Shown in pieces: positions 25,302 through 37,897 of a DNA stretch of 64,000 nt. Both the position numbers and the translations under genes were made by a program. The first letter of the stretch is position 1, and each line of letters starts with the position of its first letter. Origin of the DNA: Selaginella moellendorffii (Eukaryota; Plantae; Lycopodiophyta); the NCBI RefSeq assembly GCF_000143415.4, contig NW_003314331.1, forward strand, positions 731,169-795,168. The letters are read 5' to 3'. The notes beneath the pieces are model-generated. The model was given only the letters and a program-made list of their open reading frames with translations, searched no databases and was not told the origin of the DNA.

Positions 25302-28300
25302 TTTGGTATCAAAGAATGAGTCTTAGCGAGTACTATTCAATGAGATTGGGTAATTAGTCTTGTTGCATACGCAGAAATGAAAATGATGATCCAAGTGGGT
25401 ACACGTTTGGGTGCAAAGACTTCGTGTTTGTTCCTTGGGCATGGATTTGGTTACCTTGTTGTACCATATTTTGTGAGCTTGAGCTTGGGTTCACAAGAGG
25501 GATTGAGTTGTTTCATTCGCACGAGTTTGAGCTTGGACTCGTGAGTGAAGCACATTAGCAACTCAAAGTTACATTTTGAGTTGGCAGGATTAATGTTGGC
25601 CTATCAGCGGTTCCGTGAGTTATTCCATGTACCATGGGTGAAAGCAAACCTTCCCTGAGTTTGCTATGAGTGGCAAATAGGCTGATCCGTAGCTATTTAG
25701 CACGGCACTAGTGGATCCTTCCTAGGCATGATTACAAGTGGATCAATTAAGACTGTAGGGATTAGTTTATTGATTCGAGTAGTCATTGTCGTGCTCTCTC
25801 ATAAACTTTTCTTGGATTGGACTGAAGACAGTGCGAAAACAAGCTTAAGGTTTAGTCAAAGATGAGACCGAAAAGAGAGTTGTCAGGGACGAAAGATCAA
25901 ACACGTAAATCATCTTCTCTTTTGGAGAAATGATTTGCAATGAGGTGTGACTCATTGTTTGTGTTCACATTATGCAATCAAGAGTCTCTACCTTGATGCA
26001 TGTTGGAAATGATGGTTTTACAAATGGTGAATTGTGGGATGGATAGCAGTGAAGCACTAAACCATTTTGTCTAAGCTTGCTATTGGAAAACTTGGGTTGC
26101 AATGCTCAATTCTTTTTCAAGGAATCTTGCTATTGCTCCTTGAGTAGTTTAGTGTTAGATTAATTTTGAGTTTGGTCGGAAAGAGAGTGGCATGAGCTTG
26201 TCCGTGTTGTGAACAAAAGTTAGTGGTGTTAAGTGTTGTAAATCTCTATCAGTGGGGTGTGGCATTTATGTTGCATTTTGTCGAATCGAGTTGACACTTG
26301 ATACTCACGTAAACTTTTGTAGTAGTGATATGGGTTTGCTCGTGGTATTGCTCAATCGATGATCAAGTCATTGTGATACTTATATCATATCCATGTGATA
26401 ATGAGCAATGTGTTTACAAAATTGCTTGGTCAAATGATAATCAACCCCAAAGTGGTTGATGGTGAAGCTAGTTTACTTGCAGAAAGTAGCATTGTAGTAG
26501 CTTTGACTAGATTCTCGATAATGGTCCATTATGCTAAGCTTAAGTTGGTTCCTTGTTTCCTTGAGGGTTTGCCCAAAAAGTGTTGGAAAGGGTTATAACA
26601 TTCACTTGTTATAATTTGTTGGTTTATCCGTTAACACTTGGAGTAGATTGTTGGATGGAAAAGATGTGTTATTAAGGCATTGACATTACTAACACTTATG
26701 TTAGTGGAAGTGGCATTATTGTTTTGAGTGATGAGGAATTTTTCTTAGACCTTGAATTTTCATATCATTTTTTTTGTTAGTGTTTTGGCTTCATATTGGA
26801 TCTTGAAGGTAGTTGAAGAAAAGTGTTAATGCAATATGGATATCCGAAAAAGTGGTCTTCAGGATCAAGCCTTGGATGTTCATTTTGCATTTTTGCGGAT
26901 ATCGGTGTTGGATGTCAGAAGTATGGGTAAAGATGTTCGATGTTTAAACATACTATGGGTCATGAGAATTGGTGTTGAGGTGAACCTATGTGAAGTTGTT
27001 AGTAGGAGGAAGTTGATTAAGTTTTGAAAGTTTGCATTCTTGGATTGAGAGTCATTTTTTCTCTAGGATAGAAAATTTTTCCACAAATTTTCTTAGACTT
27101 TTCCAATGGCTGATCTGTTGATCACTTTGCTCGAAAACCATTCCATTTTCGTAACCCAATACAAACTAGTGAAGGGGTTAAAGTTGACTTTGCTTAACTT
27201 AGACCTTAGTAAATAGTTTGTATGATGCGGCCCGAAAGGGATGCTGACTTTTGGGGCTAAGGCAATTGAGTTGGATAGCGTCTGGAGTTGGTGTAGAAAT
27301 GTGGCCATTGTACTTTTCTAGAAAAGTGACCCTTGTGCCTTTCTTCTGTAGCGTTGTGCTTGGTGGCAGATTGCACTTTGCATTTTGTTAAGACTCTATG
27401 AGAGTAGTGAGCTCTCACTGATCTTGACTTGGTCTTGGTGGCCTTGCTCCTTGGCTAAGGATGGTGATGTCTAACTTAGTTGTTTGAGGTTGAGATGTTG
27501 GTACCCATACTATAGCTTTGTCTATTAGGAGGTTGTGTACCGATATGAGTCCATCTCATGGTCTTCACTTTAGTTTCGACTAAGTGTTGGTCATGTATAG
27601 CTAGCCTCTTCAAGGCATGCTCAGAGCTATTGACTAGATGCATTTGTAAGTTTATTATGGTTGAGTTGGATTCAAGTGGTTATTTAGTTTATGCTTGTCC
27701 ATGAATCTTTATCTCATACCTCGGGTATTACGTTCATGTTAGACAAGCATATGACTAATGGTATAAGTTTAATGTTTGGGTCTTGTGAAGGAATGTTGAA
27801 AGAGTGATTGTTAGTTGCTTGGCAACTAGTGATTGCTTGTAAACTTAGTCGAGGACTATTGACACTTGCTTTGCTCAATGATGATTTAGCGATGATGGGC
27901 TTGCTTTACCAAATGGTGTTGCAAAGGATCGTGTTATTAGACTTACATAGTTTTTCCATGTTAGCATATCGATTCTACTTTTGTTGATGTCACTTGGTTG
28001 CATTTAGTCTGTAGTGTTGGATTTCATTAAGTCTTGGACATGGTGAATCACTCCTTGAGGAAGTGTTATCTGTAACTGAGTATTGTTGGAGGATTAGTCT
28101 CAGATACTGACTAAAGTATCCTTGACTTTGGTTAATTTAGTTGCTGGAAAGTTATGAGTGGTGATTCACTCTTGCTTCTTCTAGCTTTGTTATAGTGTTG
28201 ATGGCATTGAAATGATGCCTTATTGTTGACATTGTTGATATTGAGATTTGAGTGAAATGAGATATCTCTTCTTAGGGTTGATATTAAGTTTCATTAGTCT

Positions 28301-31300
28301 CAATGAAGATAGTGTTGATGATTTGGCTATGGCTTTGTGTTATTGGCATTTTGTGCAATTGCTAGTTAGCAATTATATTAGCATTCAAACGAGTTGAGTG
28401 GCAAGTTTGAGTTAGTTGTGTTCTAGATGAGATTGTTTAGTAAGGGTTGAGCTTTGGTTTTTCCTTGAAAAGTGATTTAGTCGTGGACTATACTAGCTTT
28501 ATGAGAGGAAAAGTTAGTGATCGATATTAGAATATTTGAATCCTTATTGGGTTTGAGTTAGAATATATATCGATCATTGATGATTCTTCTTGTGCTTGTT
28601 ATGAAGTGAGTTACGTCTTGCTATAGGTGGATTCATGGAGGATCATTTGATGATCACTTGTTGAGCATAGCTTCGTTATGCTTAGCTTTTGGATTGATGC
28701 AGATATGCTCTTCATTAGCTTTGCATTATGAAGTTTAGCTTATGGAAGTGTTGAAGAAAATATTGTGGGTTATACCATGATTTCTTCTTTAGCATTGAAA
28801 TTAGTTCATGCGAGACTCGTGATTATTGTTAGGCAAAATTTGGCTATAGGCTTCTTCGAACTTTTGGTTCTTTGAGTTTTTATGCTCATTATTCCATTTG
28901 TTAGAAGTTGTTCGGGAAGGCATTTTTGGCTCATTAGCTTCGATGCTGAAGTTGGCTTTTGCATCTGGCAATCATTGGTGATGATTGATTATCATTTAGG
29001 ATAGTTGATTATCCTTGTCAAAAAGGTTTTGCTTAATTATTGTTGATATAGAATGATTTGTCATTCTTCGGGATAGTATATTCTTTTTTCAATAATGATT
29101 ATGCATCACTACATGGATGGGATGATTGATGCTCTTTCATGATAGTTAGTTGTTCTCTTTGATGGCTTATGGCTTTTCGCAATACCACATGTTCTTTGTG
29201 GTTTGCTCTGGATTGGTCTTTTGGGTTTGAGACATCAATAGGATGTTGCCGATGCTTGCTTGAGTAACTCTGGTTCCTTTGTATTGTTGATTGGGATCTA
29301 TTTGGATTAGCTAGTGTGATAGTTGGCATGAATGAGTGTTTGTTGGTCTTACCACATTCATTCTATTCTGTTGATTGTTGCTTGAATCAGTTTTGATAGA
29401 TTTGGATGTTATTTCCTTTGGGTGATACATTCGTGAGCATTGTGCTTGTCAGTCAATGATACTTTGTATTTTTTAAGTTCTCTTTCGTAAGTTGTTTGGC
29501 ATACTATCTGCCATCTTCAGTAGTTAAGTTTTATCATTGAGTTTTCTTGATGATACACTGACTATTGAATTTTGTTGGATAGTGGATCCTATCTTTTCCA
29601 ATTACGATGATTTTGGTGGTTCCTATACTATTATACTGGTTTATCAGATGATAACTTATTTGGAATACTTTTGTGTTCTAATCTAAGATTTAATCACTGA
29701 TAATTTAGTCTCTAAGATATCATTGTTTATGACTTTGATATTGTCCATCTATTAATCTTTGAATTTGGGCCAGTATAGGCAGACTGGCTTCAGCACTTCG
29801 TGTGCATGGTGAAATCTCTAGTCATGGGGTAGTTATTGTCGACTGGTCACATAACCCGCCTCTTTGTCGATGTCCCTTATTCCGTTAAAAGGGCGTGACT
29901 ATGTAAACAACTCTAACTGCTTGTTTACAATAGTCTATCTAAACCTTACCGACGAGTTTGGTTTCTTTGCTCATGAGGGTTGAGGCCTATGACTTCTCTC
30001 TCTATGTTCCTGTAGGCAGGGGTGTATCACACTTTTGTAAGTTGGGTGACTCCCAGAGCAGCAAGGGTGGCTAACTCTGTTAGTCCTTTCCTTGTTGGCG
30101 ACGGCCAAAAGGTGTCTAAGTTGGTAACACATCCGCATTAGACAAAGAGGTTGCCTCCTAACTCATTTAAGTTGGTGCATTTTTCACATAGTGTGAATAC
30201 CGTGAACTTTTTCTGGAGTTGTTTCTTTGGCGGAATTTTACACTCGAGTGTGCATCGACGAGGACATCGATCTTCCCTAGTGGGGGAGAGTGTTGTGAAT
30301 GTGACTTTGGGTATCAAAAGTTACCTGTTGGCTAGTCCTTTCGGATATTCTTTCCTTACTGCCATGATGGTAGGAGGTCGGTATTGCTGGACCCATTATC
30401 AGTTTCCCACTTGAGCTAGTTGAGAAACTGGTCAATGACCGTGTACTTAGATCGGATAAATATAAGGTAGGAACCCTATGTGTTTCTTGCTAAGCATACT
30501 CGGCCTGGTTTGAGAAACTCCTGTCATTAGCTTGCACTTGCTAGTATCAAGAACCCCCGCGATATTGAGATTGGTCTCTTAATATCGCTAGATGATAGCT
30601 TACCGTGTCTACCAAACACCCTCGCTATCATGCCTTTTGTGTTGGTCTCATTTCGGTCCCAAATGCTATTTATGGAAAGTGTCTATATTTGCTCATTTGG
30701 CATATCTACGGAATGTAGAGATCTGTAAGCCACAAATTTTTCTTTTCCAATTTGCTAGCTTACCTTGTCTATCCGACCAACGCTGTCTTGGCTTGTGCTA
30801 AGTTCCCTTGCCAAGGTTCTCGCCTATTGTAGCAGTTCCTACTTGGTCTTACTTGGGTTCAGCTACTTACTACACGAGCAATGGAGTGTTAGCCATCCAT
30901 CTACGGATTCCCAAATTTCTCCTAATCCCCCTCCCCGGGTTAGACTGGACTTAAGGTTCGGCTACACTCCCCGCAGGCACAAGCAGCCAAGCACACCAAG
31001 CCTCCAGGTTCCTAACACCCCTTGCTACAACAAGACTTGATCATGGGACCCTCTAAATCCCAAGCCTTGGGTGCAGCACTTGCTTCGGGACGTCGGGGCG
31101 AAACACCGTGGCCTAACGGCCCGATATGGGTACCTCTACCCCCCCCCCCCCCACTTCCATCTTGAAGGGAAGGCCCAAGCTCCTAGGAAGGGCGAGGACC
31201 AATGAGCCGCAAGGTACTCAAGTGGGGCACCACTCCACATGAGCTGAGAGCACTGTAGTCGGTTTCCCTTTCGGGAGTGGGAGCTGCTCTTGAACACTTC

Positions 31301-32040
31301 CCTGGGTGGCCCCTCCGACACCACCCAAGCCCATGCTCAGTCCCACCCAAAGCCCCTCGGCCCCAGGCTCAACCTCAAGTCAGTTTGGAAGCACTACTGG
31401 AGAGTTCCTTCAAGACTGGTTCCTGGCCCTCACTATCCCTACTATACTTTTGGAACCCCCTGCAGCCCCCCCCCCCTTTGGGAGACGCACGCTTTGGGCT
31501 TTCACCCCTTGACCCGTATTAGTACTCGGACTTAGTCTCTGGCTCGATCTCGGATCCGACTTCGGATTCGGTCTGGGACTCGATCTCAGACTCGATCTCA
31601 GACCCGATCTCGGACCCGACCTTGGACTCGACCTCGGACTCGGTCTCGGACCCGATTTCGGATCTCGGACTCCGTCTCGAGCTCGGTCTCAAACTCGGTC
31701 TCGAACTCGGTCTCCGAGTCGGTCTCGGACTCGATTCCGAACTCTATCTCGAACTCGGTCTTAGAGTCGGTCTTGGACTCGATCTTAGACTTGGTCCCAT
31801 CCGATGAACTCTTTATCATTTTGGTCAAGCTTTCAGGGCTCTTTTAGCCTACGACACCTCGGCGAGTTAGTTCCTTACAACTCCACCACCCATAAAAGAA
31901 GTTCGATACCCACATCGAACATCTCTTTTTTTTTTATCCTACGACTTGTTGACCATGTCTCCGGGGGCATCCCCCCACTTAGCGGTGTGCCTAAGTTAGC
32001 CTCCCCAGCCAAGAGCCCATGACAACGGAGTATAGGTGTC

Positions 32041-35000
32041 TGTAAGCGACTAAATTTTCCATTCTACTTTAGTCACTTAACCACACATCTGACCACTTGG
32101 AGGAGTCTCATTCACAACCTCCATAAGTCCAATCCAGGACTTGGGACTTGCTAGCCCCGAGAATGGCATCCATGCCACTCAACATTTGCACTTGGTCCAA
32201 GTGCTCCACGTGTCCGATCCCATGACCGACACTCAAAGGTACCACCGACATAGCAGCCCGTTACGCTAAGGCCATGCCCAATCACCTTTGCCACACTGGT
32301 AGTCCAATACCACTTGCATCACCGTCTTGGCTCTCCAAGACTAGGCAAACCATCCGTGAGTGGTCATCTCAAATCCACTCCTTAGCATCCTTAGGATGCC
32401 CACCGACAAGGGGAATAGCCTTCCCCAATATCCCTCTGTCAGTCCCCACTAAGTCCCTTTCTGCCCCTAACCGTGTTTGCCAACACTGCCACTGGATCGA
32501 GACTTCAGGCCCGACCACTAAGTCCCACGGTCCTCTGGGACTTCCTCACCACACGACTGTGTCTTTGGTCACTACCCCAGAGGACTGCTCCTCTTCCTTT
32601 CCACAGTCTGGGCCTTTGGGACAACATTTCGGAACACCGTGGCCTTACGCGAGCCACCTGGGTACTCTCCTCGCCTTCTGCCCTTGGGTGCTCTAGCCAT
32701 GGGCTTAGAGCGGGTTCCGTTGAGCCACACTAGGTATCCAAGTAGGTAGTGCCACCCACACTTGGACTGGGAGCATCGGCCAGTCGATCTCCCGGGGGAA
32801 CTAGAGCCGGCTCTTGAACACTTGACCAAGCTACCCCGCTTGTCGGTCTGTGTTCACTCTAGTCTTGGACTTCCCAGTGGGCAGCTCATCACCCAACACT
32901 GGGTCCAGCCTTCCTGGGCCAAACTGGCCTTTCCTGGCCAAACTGGCTCCACTGCAGTCCTCCCCCTACTATACTTTTGGAGCTCACCAAACCCCCCAGG
33001 GTCTGGGAGACGAACGCTTTGGGCTTTCACCCTCTCAGGCTCCGGATTCGGACTCAGACTCGGACTCGGACTCGGACTCGGACTCGGACTCGGACTCGGG
33101 CTCGGGCTCGGTCTCGGCCTCGGCCTTGGTCTCGGTCTCGGTCCCGATCTCGGTCTCGGTCTCGGTCTCGGTCCCGGTCTCGGTCTCGACTTCGGACTCC
33201 ATCTCGGACTCCATCTCGGACTCCATCTCGGACTCCATTTCGGGTCCATCTCGGACTCCATTTCAGACTCCAACTCGGGTCCATCTCGGACTCCACTTCG
33301 GACTCCAACTCGGGTCCATCTCGGACTCCATTTCGGACTCCAACTCGGGTCCATCTCGGACTCCATTTCAGACTCCAACTCGGGTCCATCTCGGACTCCA
33401 CTTCGGACTCCAACTTGGGTCCATCTCGGACTCCACTTCGGACTCCAACTCGAGTCCATCTCGGACACTTCCACGTGTCATGTGTTGGTCCTTTTGGGTC
33501 CCTTTTTGGAGCCTTGCTTTTTGCTCGCTTCGTGCTCGTTCCTCGAGCACTTCGTTGGGAGTTCCACTCCCGCTCTTGACTTTTCAAGTCGGAGCTTTTG
33601 GTCCAAACGTGTTACGCTCGTTTGGCTCTCGCTTCAGCCCCTACCACGTGGCACCCTTTCCGGCTCTACTTTGGGGCCTAGGGATTTTGTGTCTCACAAC
33701 TCCACCACCCATAGACGAAGTTCGATGTCCTCATCGAACGGTAAACCACTTTATAAAGTAACACCCGCATGTGTTACCATTTCCATCCTTGGCACCTAGC
33801 CAATATTTGTCAATGGTTTGACATTGAAGGCTCACCATGCCTTTTGCATTTTCCTCAATGGTTTGACACCAAAGGCTCACCATGCCTTACCTGTCCTCTA
33901 AGGAGGGTAGTCTCCCCAACTTAGAGACTGATTGGACCACATGTAGTGGTTTTCGCTAAACCTCTTAGAGACCCTTCTTTAAGTCAATCCCACTACTCCT
34001 TCTCAAGTAGTCTCAATTTCCATCTATTGAACGTTTGCACCTTGGAACTTTTACTCTTTTGACTTTTGGAAGTCAATTTCCTAGGTGTCTCCAACACCTT
34101 GCATTGCACAGATTGTGCAACTCCACTTCCCCATCCTAGGAAGTTCATTACTTGAGGGCACCATCATCCTCTCTTCTATTTCGTGCCACCTTGGGCACTA
34201 AGTTCCAATTATCATACTTTGTGCTAGGGCTGTCCATGGCCCTATCATTTGGCTACCTTACCGCTCCCTCACTTGGAGCTTTTACTTCGCCAAATTGGAG
34301 CACTTAGGAATCCATCCTTGGAAGTCCACTTCCTTTCCCACAAGCTGTTAGCACCGAACACATTAGTGTTCCTTGGCTAACTTTGCCATTTGGATCCCTT
34401 CCATTAAATTCCATGGCCCAAACTTGGCCACTAGTCCTTTGCTCCTATCCTTGATTGTTGCACCCAGCAACATCGGATCGCTACCTCCATTTTTGAGGTA
34501 TCCTTTCGGTTCCATAGCAAAGACTCTTCTTTGCCTAGTCCGGAGGATGTTCGCCCCTAGTACGTCTCTTTAGCATCTTCTGCTATGGGCTCTATCCATG
34601 GCCCAACTTCGTGACCCTCCCATGGGTCTTTTATAGAGACTACTTTCCTCGGACTCACTATGCCATCAAACGGATATAGTTTATTTCTCTTAGGTGCTCT
34701 TCCCACTTGGTCATCACGACCAAGCCACACCATCTTAAACAGTTCAATTTCAACATTTTGAACCAGAAACTTCATTCCTTAGCCAACCAAGGACTTTGTC
34801 TTTATCTGGCCATAAGATCACCTAGTGATCTCACCTTGGCACCTTAACAGAGTTGCCAAGAGGTACTTGGTCTTCTAGACCTCCAAGTTGTTGACTATAA
34901 CCCCGGGGGCATCCCCCACACTTGGCGGTGCACCCAAGCTAGCCCTTACGGCCAAGGGTTCATAGCAACTGAGATTAGGTGTCCCCATCTCACTCACCAC

Positions 35001-37865
35001 GACCTTGGTGCCACTTGCACCAAAGCGTTCAAGTTAGATATGCCGAGCTTTCACTCTAAGCAATCTAACTGTGCATCACGACTCCGAGGCATCCCTCGCT
35101 TGGCGGTGTGCCCAAACCAGTCTCCCCACTGAGAGTCCATGACCACCGAAATATGAGTGTCCTCATATTCCAAACCATCACCACGCCCTAGTGATTTGGG
35201 ACTCGAACCCAAGCACTAGAGGGTCGGGACTCGAACCCAACCTCCGTATATGCATCTACGGACGGCATCACGCAAGATGCCTGGCGTGACTCCCCACGCC
35301 GGTGCACCAACTTATTTTTAAAGCGCGCTACAGATCACAGCTTAGGAACCTAGTTCCTCCACACTGCCAAGTCCTCTCACTTGACATGTCTGTGATCATG
35401 CATGGACTCCTCCATGCTCGGCCCCATGGCCCACCCTTTTTGAAGTTATCACCTTCAACTAGGGTATTTGTTCCCCCGACGTGCCAATCTCGCTTGGCAA
35501 GTTCTCCGACCACTGTAACATGGTTCCTGCATAAGCGTGAAAGTCCTTGACCATCGACTTTCGTTCAAAGCCCTCTCTTTGAACACTCGGGAACTACTTC
35601 CCTAACCTTGATAGCCTTGCCTCATGGCAAGCTTCAAGACCACGCTTCTGCTGCGCCACTCTGATTTCGCGCGTTCCATGAACCATTTACACTTGGCCTT
35701 TCTAGGTACTAAGTTACCTAGAATCGTCTTTGGGAACTTTGAAGGAACTCTATCCCTCAGCTTGCTAAGGCCTCCCTTTTGCAAGCCTTCCAAATGCCAC
35801 ATAGTCTAACATGGACAATTCCATAACTTAGACTCTCCATGGCATCACGGTTGCTAGCGGCAACACCCTCGAGCCCCCACTTGATTCTCCACTCCCAGCT
35901 GGCTTAACCAACCTTGGTTATGCCCTTCGATTTCTATGGTTCAGTTCCATCTCAATACTACTTGCCTTTGGCTTCACACCTTTCCTTCGGTCATTCTCCT
36001 CCAGATCAGGAGGATAGCTTTGCACTTTCTATCATGCCTTAGCAAGTATTCTTAGGGATGAACCTACCCAATAGCCCAGGGAGTGGTTCCTCAATCTGGG
36101 TATGCTCACCTTATAATCCCATACACTGGGATTACATTGTTGCTTATGGGCCTTTACATGCCCATCACTAGCCTTGCCAAAATTCCATTTTTGGCTTTGT
36201 CCAACTTGGGTAGACAGTCCTCTCCTGTCTCCGCAACCTTGGACATTTGGATAGCACCTTCTATCCATCATTCGCTAGGGACTTAGTCCCTTGGGCTTTA
36301 TCCATTGCCCTCGCGACATCAAACACCACCTTCTGGTGTTCTAGAGTGTTCAGGTGTCCCAATGATGGCTTTCTTGACAATGAGTATTTCCTTTTATGAC
36401 ATTGACTTACTATATCGCAACATAAGCAACTTATCCCCCGCAAAGGTATATCCGACTTCCCTATGCTAGAAGTCTTGGGTAGCTACCTTCTACCCGTTTA
36501 ACCAGTTATTTTGCACCTCTTGCTTAGTTGCTTTATAGTTGTCAAGTCCTACAACTCATTGCTTGGTGCTTTCACACCTCCATCATTATCTGGGTCACCG
36601 CACTCCAACTGCATGCTCTGCAGCTTAGGCTATGCCATTCCCATTTCCATTGGGATTCCTTTGGCAAGGGGTTCTCATGAACCCACCAACATAGCCTTAA
36701 GGTATCACACGTTGGCACATTTGGTGTCTCCACACCATCGGCTCCACGAGCCTACTGTAAGCGACTAAATTTTCCATTCTACTTTAGTCACTTAACCACA
36801 CCTCTGACCACTTGGAGGAGTCTCACAACCTCCATAAGTCCAATCCAGGACTTGGGACTTGCTAGCCCCGAGAATGGCATCCATGCCACTCAACATTTGC
36901 ACTTGGTCCAAGTGCTCCACGTGTCCGATCCCATGACCGACACTCAAAGGTACCACCGACATAGCAGCCCGTTACGCTAAGGCCATGCCCAATCACCTTT
37001 GCCTCACTGGTAGTCCAATACCACTTGCATCACCGTCTTGGCTCTCCAAGACTAGGCAAACTATCCGTGAGTGGTCATCTCAGATCCACTCCTTAGCATC
37101 CTTAGGATGCCCACCGACAAGGGGAATAGCCTTCCCCAATATCCCTCTGTCAGTCCCCACTAAGTCCCTTTTTGCCCCTGGCCGTGTTTGCCAACACTGC
37201 CACTGGATCGAGACCCATAGGTCCGACCACTAAGTCCCATGGTCCTCTGGGACTTCCTCACCACACGACTGTGTCCTTGGTCACTACCCCAGAGGACTGC
37301 TCCTCTTCCTTTCCACAGTCTGGGCCTTTGGGACAACATCTCGGAACACCGTGGCCTTACGCGAGCCACCTGGGTACTCTCCTCGCCTTCTGCCCTTGGG
37401 TGCTCTAGCCATGGGCTTAGAGCGGGTTCCGTTGAGCCACACCAGGTATCCAAGTAGGTAGTGCCACCCACACTTGGACTGGGAGCATCGGCCAGTCGAT
37501 CTCCCGGGGGAACTAGAGCCGGCTCTTGAACACTTCACCAAGCTACCCCGCTTGTCGGTCTGTGTTCACTCTAGTCTTGGACTTCCCAGTGGGCAGCTCA
37601 TCACCCAACACTGGGTCCGGCCTTCCTGGGCCAAACTAGCCTTTCCTGGCCAAACTGGCTCCACTGCAGTCCTCCCCCTACTATACTTTTGGAGCTCACC
37701 AAACCCCCCAGGGTCTGGGAGACGAACGCTTTGGGCTTTCACCCTCTCAGGCTCCGGACTCGGACTCGGACTTGGACTCGGACTCGGACTCGGACTCGGA
37801 TTCGGACTCGGACTCGGGCTCGGGCTCGGTCTCGGCCTCGGCCTCGGCCTCGGTCTCGGTCCCGA

Positions 37866-37897
<32 letters not shown>

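Noticed and set aside
32762-33799. Long SR/RS-, LG- and SD-rich ORFs (also 37474-38485, 43325-44443, 54383-54850)
   Set aside because: They arise in all frames on both strands from the stop-free GGACTC/GGTCTC satellite within LTRs; not protein genes.
35197-35245. tRNA gene or SINE suggested by GGTTCGAGTCCC motifs
   Set aside because: No cloverleaf or A-box at the right spacing could be built. Kept only as T-loop-like motifs in the structured module.
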